A DNA stretch of 64,000 nt. Source: an uncultured bacterium. Lineage in GTDB: Bacteria; Methylomirabilota; Methylomirabilia; Rokubacteriales; DASRDR01. The translations under genes and the position numbers were made by a program. The DNA is taken from positions 52,431 to 116,430 of the forward strand of contig CAYXBJ010000178.1 of assembly GCA_964463175.1 (NCBI GenBank), given 5' to 3'. A model generated the notes under the pieces. It did not search any database, was not told the origin of the DNA, and saw nothing but the letters and a program-made list of their open reading frames with translations. Shown piece after piece: positions 29,591-36,506 of the stretch (within the stretch, counting starts at the first letter, position 1; each line of letters begins with the position of its first letter).

Positions 29591-31222
29591 CTAGAAGTAG
29601 CTCTCCGGGACGACGACGACGTCGTTGGCGGCCAGCGGTAAGTCCTTGTCTTTCCTACCGCGCTTGATCACCTCGTTGAGGTCCACGACGAATGTCTCCT
29701 GGCGGCCATCAGGCAGCGTACGGATCACTTTGGTGCGATTTGGCGCTGCCTTGTCCGTGAATCCGCCCGCCATGGCGATCGCTTGGATCGCGGTCGTGGT
29801 CTGATCAAGCTGATAGGCTCCTGGCTTCTTCACTTCGCCCATCACGTAGAAGGTGTTCCCGACGGGCACCAGGAGAATATCTCCATCCTTGAGGAGGAAT
29901 TCCCTTGCCTTTGGATCCGCCCCGGAGAGATCCAGGATATGGATCTCCTCCGTCCCGGAGGCAAGTCGGCGCGTGAGCTTCACCTGGGTATGGAGGGCCT
30001 TCTCGGTGAACCCCCCGGCGAGCGTCAGCGCCCCCACCGCCGTCGTGGCCGGATCGAGCGGGTAAGCGCCCGGCTTCCGCACCTCACCCAGGACGTAGAA
30101 CGCGTTGCCGGACGGGACCAGGAGCGTGTCGCCGTCGCGGAGTGGATAGTCGCGGCCGGCACGATCCGACCCCGAGAGGTCCAGGACGACGGTCTGCTCC
30201 TCCCCGGAGGCTCCCCGGCGAATCAGCTTGACCTGGCTCTGACCCGCCTTCTCGGTGAACCCCCCGGCGATCGTCACCGCCCCGAAGGCGGTCGTCGACT
30301 TCTCGAGGGGATAGGCTCCGGGCTTCCGCACCTCGCCCGACACGAAGAACGTGTTGCCGCGCGGGATGAGCAGGGTGTCACCCTCGGCGATTTGCACGTC
30401 CCGGGCGCGCGGATCAGCCAGGTCGACATCGAGGCTCTCCTGACTGCCGTCCGCCCGCTTTCGCAGGATCTTGGCCCCGCTCGGCGCGGCCCGATCGGTG
30501 AAGCCGCCGGCGAGCGTCACCGCCTCGAGGGCGTTCGTCTCCTTGTCCATTGCGTAGGCGCCCTGGCGCAGAACCTCCCCCAGGACGAAGAACGAGGTCA
30601 GCTTCGGGACATAGACGGTGTCGCCGTTCTGGAGGAGGATGTTCTCGCCCGGCACGCCATCCAGCAGGCGTTTGAGATCGGCGCGGAACGCGACGCTGCC
30701 CGCCGCGCCCGGGGTCACAGGGCCATCGGACTGAGCCCCGCGAACGACCACGACTTGGCGCCCGGCGTTCTTGCCAGGCCCTCCGGCCTGGGACAGGACG
30801 TCTAGCAGCATTGTCTGGCCGGTCAGCGCGTAGGTCCCGGCCTTGTCCACCTCGCCCAGCACGAAGACGCGCTGGGAACGATACTCCGCCACGGTGACGG
30901 AGACCTGCGGGTTGACGAGATAGTCCTTCCCGAGGAGGTCCCGGAGGAGCGTCTCGATAGCACCCGGCGTGAGGCCGCCCACGCGAACATCGCCGATCAG
31001 CGGGAACTGGAACGAGCCGTCCCCCGAGACGACGACCTGCTTTGTCAGGTCGTCGTGCCCCCAGACGGTGATCTTCAGGACGTCCTTCGCCCCGACCTTG
31101 TACTCCGTCGGACCGCCGCTACCCGCAGCCTGGGCGGCAGCGGGACCCGCGGGAACGAGCAGGAGGGCAACGAGTAGGAGGGCGGTCATGGCCGCCGGAA
31201 ACCATCGCACACTTACACCCAT
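29591..31222 (-). CDS. OPX/Wza-family export protein, long paralog with four SLBB-type repeats; no C-terminal OM helix
   Basis: Signal peptide (MTALLLVALLLVPAGPAAAQA). EYKVGAKDVLKITVWGHDDL, then four GDT..(F/Y)V.GEV(R/K)KPGAY repeats. The last ~90 aa are near-identical to the short paralog. Start set at MGVSVRW (31220-31222); the track ORF's upstream 160 codons are not credible. Confidence 0.8.
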   Translation of the reverse strand: MGVSVRWFPAAMTALLLVALLLVPAGPAAAQAAGSGGPTEYKVGAKDVLKITVWGHDDLTKQVVVSGDGSFQFPLIGDVRVGGLTPGAIETLLRDLLGKDYLVNPQVSVTVAEYRSQRVFVLGEVDKAGTYALTGQTMLLDVLSQAGGPGKNAGRQVVVVRGAQSDGPVTPGAAGSVAFRADLKRLLDGVPGENILLQNGDTVYVPKLTSFFVLGEVLRQGAYAMDKETNALEAVTLAGGFTDRAAPSGAKILRKRADGSQESLDVDLADPRARDVQIAEGDTLLIPRGNTFFVSGEVRKPGAYPLEKSTTAFGAVTIAGGFTEKAGQSQVKLIRRGASGEEQTVVLDLSGSDRAGRDYPLRDGDTLLVPSGNAFYVLGEVRKPGAYPLDPATTAVGALTLAGGFTEKALHTQVKLTRRLASGTEEIHILDLSGADPKAREFLLKDGDILLVPVGNTFYVMGEVKKPGAYQLDQTTTAIQAIAMAGGFTDKAAPNRTKVIRTLPDGRQETFVVDLNEVIKRGRKDKDLPLAANDVVVVPESYF

Positions 31223-31269
31223 GGCGTGACCCTGGACAGCGCGAAACACCGGCAGACGTCGTGCGCGGC

Positions 31270-32463
31270 TCAGTAGGTCAGTATCACGCTCGCCTTGATG
31301 CGGTTGTCCGTGTAGCTGAACTCGTTGAAGTTCGAGTTCAGGTCCAGGTAGTTGTAGCCGATCTCGAACGCCAGCCACTTCTTCATCTGGTACTTGAGGC
31401 TCACCCCGGCCTCGAAGAACACGTCCTCGCGCTGGGCGGTCTTCGTCCCGACGGTGCTGTCCTCCGGATAGTCGTTGACGCCGCCGAGCCCTCTCACCCG
31501 GAGGACCAGCCGCTCGCTGAGGAAGTGCCGGACTTCGACACCAGCGTAGTTCGAGACGTAGTAGAGCTGTCCCTCGAACGTCGACTCGACGTTCGCTCGG
31601 CCACCGAAGACCCGGACCTCCGACGGCTCGCGGTACTTCCAGATGATGTTCCCCTCGACGATCAAGCCGTCCCAGTCCTTCACCAGCGGATTGTCGTAAT
31701 TCTTCCACTCCCAGCCCGCCTTGACGAGAAGCGTCGTCTTCGCGGTGACATCGCCCTTGAGACCGAGCCAGAACCGCCAGCCCTCGGAGTCGCGGACGGC
31801 GGCGGACGCGGCGTCATCGTAGCGAACCACCACGTAGTCGAGCTCGCCAAGGACCGACGTCTTCGGCAAGAAGCGATAGAAGAACGTTCCGGTCCCGGTG
31901 TAGTCTTGGCGGTTGAGATTCTCTTCGGGGGCATCGTAGTCGACGAGGAACCAGCGGAAGTTCGCGTCGAACGAATAGCGCTCCCGGAGGGTGTAGTTCG
32001 CTCCGGCGTCGAGCGTGTTCTCGGTCCGCTCGACAAGCTGCGTCAGCTCCGGCACCGGGAACCCGGCGAAGTCGTCGGTGATGATGAACCGATCGCTGAG
32101 CCGCAGCGAAAGATTCCAGGGAAAGTTGTACTGCCCATCGACCAGGGCGTTGTGGTGGACGGTGTTGAGATCGGTGTTGTCGGTGTACTCGAGGATGTCG
32201 GCGCGGTAGCCGATGCGCGCGGTGTAGTGGTTGCCCGGAAGCTCGATGAGGATACCCGGGCTGATGACCCAGATGAAATCCTGGATCTTGTCGGTGTTTG
32301 TGAGCAGGATGTTGTCGTCGTACTCGCCCGACAGCTCGAGCGACGTGAGTATCCGGAAGGGGCCGAGCTGGATGTTACCCTGGGCAGCCGCGGGCCCCGC
32401 CAGCCCCATGATCAGCAGCAGGGCGATTCCAACCGAGATCCCCGCAGCGCGCCCTCTCAACAT
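31270..32463 (-). CDS. Predicted outer-membrane beta-barrel protein (candidate OM partner of the helix-less OPX proteins)
   Basis: Signal peptide MLRGRAAGISVGIALLLIMGLAGPAAAQG. Alternating hydrophobic/aromatic beta-strand pattern throughout; aromatic C-terminus ...IKASVILTY. GC ~53-55%. Confidence 0.55.
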   Translation of the reverse strand: MLRGRAAGISVGIALLLIMGLAGPAAAQGNIQLGPFRILTSLELSGEYDDNILLTNTDKIQDFIWVISPGILIELPGNHYTARIGYRADILEYTDNTDLNTVHHNALVDGQYNFPWNLSLRLSDRFIITDDFAGFPVPELTQLVERTENTLDAGANYTLRERYSFDANFRWFLVDYDAPEENLNRQDYTGTGTFFYRFLPKTSVLGELDYVVVRYDDAASAAVRDSEGWRFWLGLKGDVTAKTTLLVKAGWEWKNYDNPLVKDWDGLIVEGNIIWKYREPSEVRVFGGRANVESTFEGQLYYVSNYAGVEVRHFLSERLVLRVRGLGGVNDYPEDSTVGTKTAQREDVFFEAGVSLKYQMKKWLAFEIGYNYLDLNSNFNEFSYTDNRIKASVILTY

Positions 32464-32559
32464 ACCCCTCCCGGTGACAAAGCAGCGCCACCGTCGGGCA
32501 ACAGACCCGGTACGGTGGCGGCGCTGGTTAGGTTCGCTCTGAACGACCTGGCCGACGGC

Positions 32560-33132
32560 CTACTCGTTCCCGGTCGGGCTCGTCTGCTGCGAGATCCACC
32601 CCGGCAGGTTCGTCTGGAAATTCTCGGGCGGCAGGCCCCCGTAGGTCTCCACGAACTTGAGGATGGTGAACGTCCCCAGGGTCTGGAGGAACGGCACCGA
32701 CCCGCCCGACTGCGCGATCGGACCCGTCCCCGACATGCGGATGGTGATGTTGCCCGGATCGTCCCCGAGGGTGCGACCGACGATCTCGGCCTTGTTGGGC
32801 TCCACCACGATCACCCGGCCATTCGGCAAGAGGATCTCGACGCGTCCCTCGCTGCTCTCCACGAGGATGAGGTTCTTGGCCGAGGTGACCACTCGCGCCT
32901 CGCCGACGAGCGTCTTGACGACCAGCTTGCTCGCGTCCGGCTGGAAGGAGGTCTCGGCCGACGCGCCCTGTCCCAGCACCAACTCGAGACCGCCGAAGGA
33001 GGTCTTGCTAGGTCCGTTGATGATGCGCTTCTCGTCTTCCGCGGCCCAGGTGGCCGTGGCAGCAACCACGATCAGTGCGGCGAGCAATGCCGACAATGCC
33101 CTACGCGTCATATTCCCCTTCCCCCAATCCTC
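32560..33132 (-). CDS. Small secreted protein of unknown function (first gene downstream of the sigma-54 promoter)
   Basis: ATG 33130-33132 is preceded by GGGGAAGGGGAAT (strong Shine-Dalgarno). Signal peptide MTRRALSALLAALIVVAATATWA|AEDE. ~190 aa, no known motif. Confidence 0.6.
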   Translation of the reverse strand, partial: EDWGKGNMTRRALSALLAALIVVAATATWAAEDEKRIINGPSKTSFGGLELVLGQGASAETSFQPDASKLVVKTLVGEARVVTSAKNLILVESSEGRVEILLPNGRVIVVEPNKAEIVGRTLGDDPGNITIRMSGTGPIAQSGGSVPFLQTLGTFTILKFVETYGGLPPENFQTNLPGWISQQTSPTGNE

Positions 33133-33191
33133 GGGCCCATCAGGCCCGGCAGGTACAAGAACTCTATTCAAGGAAACGCGGCAACGATACA

Positions 33192-33207
33192 GCAAGGTGA
33201 GTGCCAA
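33192..33207 (-). promoter_or_regulatory. Sigma-54 (RpoN) -24/-12 promoter directing transcription toward 33132 and the downstream OM/OPX genes
   Basis: Minus-strand sequence TTGGCACTCACCTTGCT matches TGGCAC-N5-TTGC exactly (GG and GC elements, correct spacing). It lies about 60 nt upstream of ATG 33132. Confidence 0.6.
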
Positions 33208-33302
33208 TGGCAAGAGGCTCGACGATTGCCTTGGATGGCGGCCCTCTCGAAGCAAGGAACCGGCTGAAGGGGCCGCCAGTTCCAGGTCAGTTCTCTTGCG
33301 GC

Positions 33303-33313
33303 CTTCCGGGAAG
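33303..33313. promoter_or_regulatory. Inverted repeat CTTCC-G-GGAAG, candidate enhancer-binding-protein site (UAS) about 110 bp upstream of the sigma-54 promoter
   Basis: Perfect 5-bp arms with a 1-bp spacer, in the divergent intergenic region 33133-33400. Confidence 0.3.
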
Positions 33314-33334
33314 ATCAGTGCCCGTGAAATTGCC

Positions 33335-33364
33335 TTGACAGTCCCCCGGTCTGCTCCGGATAGT
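33335..33364 (+). promoter_or_regulatory. Possible sigma-70-type promoter for the NtrC-like gene
   Basis: TTGACA (33335-33340), 17-18 nt spacer, GGATAGT. Lies 37 nt upstream of ATG 33401. Confidence 0.25.
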
Positions 33365-33400
33365 GGAGAGCAGGAGAAATTCCGTAGACTTTTTCCCCTA

Positions 33401-34831
33401 ATGGACCAACCGGTCGTTCTCATAATCCACGAAGACGCGGCTGTCCGGGCCCTGCTCGGGCGGATGCTGCCCTCCTTCGGGTACACGGTCCGGACCGTGA
33501 CATCCGGGGAAGAGGCTATCGACCAGCTCACCCAGGGGGATGTCACCGTCGCCCTCCTGGACCTGGACCTCCCCGGCATGTCGGGCGCCGACACCCTCCG
33601 CGCGATCCGGGCCATGTCCCCTGCTCCCGAAGTCGTGGTCACGTCCGCCCGGGGGACCGTGACGGCTGCCGCGGATGTCGCTCGCCACGGCGCCTTCGAC
33701 TTCGTCCCGCAGCCCTTCGACCTAAAGGACTTGAACCACGTCCTCCGCACGGCCCACGACCAGGCCGTCCGGCGACGCCAGGCGCTCCACCTCGAGGCCG
33801 CGCTCAAGGCCCACGACCCGTTCCCCGAGATCGTCGGCCGGAGCACGGGGATCAAGCGAGTGCTCGCTCTCGTCAACAAAGCCGCGCGGACGCTCTCCCC
33901 CGTCCTCATCCAGGGCGAGAGCGGCACGGGCAAGGAGCTGGTGGCCCGGGCGCTGCACGCCAACAGCCCTCGCGCGAACGCGCCCCTCACAATCGTCGAT
34001 TGCGGCGCCCTCCAGGACACCCTCCTCGAGAGCGAGCTCTTCGGTCACGAGCGCGGTGCGTTCACCGGTGCCCACGGGCTCAAGCACGGGCTCTTCGAGA
34101 CCGCCAACCAGGGCACTCTCTTCCTGGACGAAATAGGCGAGATGAGCCCGGCGACCCAGGTGAAGGTCCTGCGCGCGCTCCAGTCCGGGGAGTTCCGGCG
34201 GATCGGCTCGAACCGCCACATCAAGGCCGATATCCGGGTGATCGCCGCGACGAACAAGGAACTGAAGGACGAAGTCCAGCGCGGCCGCTTCCGGGAAGAT
34301 CTCTACTACCGGATCGCGGTCATCGAGATCTACATGCCCGCGCTCCGGGAGCGGACGGATGACATCCCGCTCTTGGTCGAGCACTTCCTGCGGATCAACG
34401 CCTACGGCGGGCGGGAGCGCCTGCACGTCACGCCGGACGCCATGACGAGCCTGGCGCGGTATGCGTGGCCGGGCAACATCCGCGAGCTGCGGAATGTCAT
34501 CGAGCGGCTGTCGGTCCTCGCGGACAGCCAGGTGCTCACGGTCGACGCCCTGCCGCCGGCCATCGTGAAGGCGTCCCAGGAGCCCACCGAGTCGGCGGGG
34601 CTCCCCCGGCCGGCGGACGCCGGCCGGACCGACGGCGGGGGCGACATGACGCTCGACGATGTGGAGCGGCACCACATCATGCGGACCCTCGAGCGCCACC
34701 GCTGGAACAAGAAGCGGGTCGCGGGCATCCTTGGCATCGACACCAAGACGCTGTACAACAAGCTGCGCCGCTACGGGGTCCCCATCGGCTCACGTGGTGA
34801 CGGCGATGCGGCCGCCAGTTCCTCTGCCTAG
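33401..34831 (+). CDS. Sigma-54-dependent transcriptional activator (NtrC/Fis family; receiver + AAA+ + HTH)
   Basis: Receiver domain (ALLDLDLPGMSG). AAA+ with Walker A GESGTGKELVARALH and GAFTGA motif (ERGAFTGA), ...DIRVIAATN. C-terminal Fis-type HTH (RWNKKRVAGILGIDTKTLYNKLRRYG). Confidence 0.85.
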   Translation: MDQPVVLIIHEDAAVRALLGRMLPSFGYTVRTVTSGEEAIDQLTQGDVTVALLDLDLPGMSGADTLRAIRAMSPAPEVVVTSARGTVTAAADVARHGAFDFVPQPFDLKDLNHVLRTAHDQAVRRRQALHLEAALKAHDPFPEIVGRSTGIKRVLALVNKAARTLSPVLIQGESGTGKELVARALHANSPRANAPLTIVDCGALQDTLLESELFGHERGAFTGAHGLKHGLFETANQGTLFLDEIGEMSPATQVKVLRALQSGEFRRIGSNRHIKADIRVIAATNKELKDEVQRGRFREDLYYRIAVIEIYMPALRERTDDIPLLVEHFLRINAYGGRERLHVTPDAMTSLARYAWPGNIRELRNVIERLSVLADSQVLTVDALPPAIVKASQEPTESAGLPRPADAGRTDGGGDMTLDDVERHHIMRTLERHRWNKKRVAGILGIDTKTLYNKLRRYGVPIGSRGDGDAAASSSA

Positions 34832-34852
34832 ACCAGGAGCCTGGAGACAACC

Positions 34853-35287
34853 ATGAGCGATGATGCGGCGAGCCGTCCGCCCCGGACGGCCGCAACAGAG
34901 GAACGCGAGCGCATCCTCGTCTGCGACGACGATCCGCGCGTGAGGGAAACGATCGTCGAGGCCATGGCCGTCGAGTCGCTGGACGTGGACACCGCAGACC
35001 GCGCCGTGGACGCGATCCAGCGGATCATGCACACGAGCTACCGGGCGCTGATCCTGGACCTGAAGCTCCCCGGTCTGGGCGGGCTCGACGCCATCGCCGT
35101 CGTGAAACGGTTCGACGAGGCGCTGCCGATCATCGTGATGACGGGCCACGCCTCCTACCAGGTGGAGCAGGCGGCCCGGGCGGCCGGGATCTTTTACTAC
35201 CTCGTCAAGCCGTTCAACCTCGACGAGCTGCTGGCCGCGGTCCGCGCCGCGGTCCGGTTCCGGGAGGGTAGTCGGCGGCGCAGCTGA
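34853..35287 (+). CDS. Single-domain response regulator (CheY-like receiver)
   Basis: VCDDD, LILDLKLPGLGG, IVMTGHAS, YLVKPF; 144 aa, no output domain. Confidence 0.8.
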   Translation: MSDDAASRPPRTAATEERERILVCDDDPRVRETIVEAMAVESLDVDTADRAVDAIQRIMHTSYRALILDLKLPGLGGLDAIAVVKRFDEALPIIVMTGHASYQVEQAARAAGIFYYLVKPFNLDELLAAVRAAVRFREGSRRRS

Positions 35288-35308
35288 CGCCGGGGCGAGC
35301 CCGAGGGC

Positions 35309-35653
35309 TCAGGCCTCGGCGAGCAGTCCCCGCACCACTTCGGTCAGGCGGTCGCGGAGCTCCGGATCATCCGGCTCGTAGACATCGAGGATTCCCAGCA
35401 CCCGGACCTTGGGTGCGTGCGCGGGCCAGTGCTTCCGGATGTAAGCCTCGTGTTCCGGTTCCATGACGCAGACCACGTTCGCCCACGCGAGATCCCGTGA
35501 CGTGAGCGGGCGGCCGCCGGGGTCGGGATCGACGCCGGCCGAGCGCGCTTCGTGCTCGCCGCGTCTCGCGACGCTCCAGCTGAGCACCTGAAAGATCTGC
35601 TCACCGACCCGGCTCCGGCAGACATTGCCTCGGCAGACGAACAGGACCCGCAT
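35309..35653 (-). CDS. Low-molecular-weight protein-tyrosine phosphatase (Wzb-like, LMW-PTP/ArsC fold)
   Basis: P-loop VCRGNVCRS (CX5R), DVYEPDD (D-P-Y-like general-acid region); 114 aa. Confidence 0.7.
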   Translation of the reverse strand: MRVLFVCRGNVCRSRVGEQIFQVLSWSVARRGEHEARSAGVDPDPGGRPLTSRDLAWANVVCVMEPEHEAYIRKHWPAHAPKVRVLGILDVYEPDDPELRDRLTEVVRGLLAEA

Positions 35654-35803
35654 GAGTCGAAGGATACCATCGGGGAGCGCCGGCTCTCTTCCGCGGCTCC
35701 GTCATGACGGACCGGGCGGCAGCAGCGGGCACGATCTCCTTGCCCGCGAGCACTTCCGGCGCCAGCGGCTCGGGCCGATCACGGCGGCGGCCCGCGGGCA
35801 ACG

Positions 35804-36502
35804 TCACGCTCGGCCCCCCTCGCCGAGCTGACCGTCGCTCAACGCCAGGACGCGGTCGGCGGCGCGGGCGAGCTCCGCGCTGTGCGTGACCAGCACCACC
35901 GCCGATCGGCCGCTGCGCGCCCGGGCCCGGAGCTCGGCGAGCAGGATGGCGGCGTTCTCCGGGTCCAGGTTCCCGGTGGGCTCGTCCGCCAGGATGACCG
36001 CCGGATCGTTGAGCACGGCGCGACAGAACGCGACCCGCTGCTGCTCCCCGCCGGAGAGCGCCGGCGGGTACTGCTCCGCCCGCTCCGACATGCCCAGTCT
36101 CTGGAGAAGGCTGAGCGCCTCCGTCTCGGCGGCCGCCCGCGCCCGCCCGACGTAGCGGGCAGCGAGGAGCACGTTCTCGCGCGCGGTCATCTCCGGGATG
36201 AGGTTGTACGTCTGGAACACGAAGCCCAGGTGCCGGCCGCGAAAGCCAGCCAATGCTCGACGGCTCGCGCCGGTCAGGCGCTCGTCGCCGAACCAGAGCT
36301 CGCCCCCGTCGCTCCGGTCGAGGCACCCCAGGAGGTTCAGGAGCGTGGACTTCCCCGACCCCGAGCGTCCGACGACGGCCAGAAGCTCCCCGCGGGTCAG
36401 GGCGAGGTCCACCCCGCGGAGCACCTCGAGCACGCGGCCGTCCGGGGTCCGGAAGCGTTTGGTCAGGCCGATTGCCCGGAGGAGCGGAGCGCCGGAGCCC
36501 AC
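35804..36502 (-). CDS. ABC transporter ATP-binding protein (LolD/MacB-NBD/FtsE-like)
   Basis: GRSGSGKSTLLN Walker A, LSGGEQQRVAFCRAV signature, ILADEPTGNLD Walker B. GTG start just downstream of the permease stop. The 5' 145 codons of the track ORF are an out-of-frame read of the permease gene. Confidence 0.8.
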   Translation of the reverse strand: MGSGAPLLRAIGLTKRFRTPDGRVLEVLRGVDLALTRGELLAVVGRSGSGKSTLLNLLGCLDRSDGGELWFGDERLTGASRRALAGFRGRHLGFVFQTYNLIPEMTARENVLLAARYVGRARAAAETEALSLLQRLGMSERAEQYPPALSGGEQQRVAFCRAVLNDPAVILADEPTGNLDPENAAILLAELRARARSGRSAVVLVTHSAELARAADRVLALSDGQLGEGGRA

Positions 36503-36506
36503 GGCG

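Noticed and set aside
29700-31100. Periodic repeats that might suggest a CRISPR array or VNTR
   Set aside because: The period is ~80 aa, in frame, and corresponds to the SLBB protein repeats of the OPX gene (GDT...GEVKKPGAY). The repeats are imperfect at DNA level and lack CRISPR-like unique spacers.
33201-33211. Palindrome TGCCA-A-TGGCA as an independent operator
   Set aside because: It largely coincides with the -24 element of the sigma-54 promoter. The symmetry may be incidental, so it is not called as a separate site.
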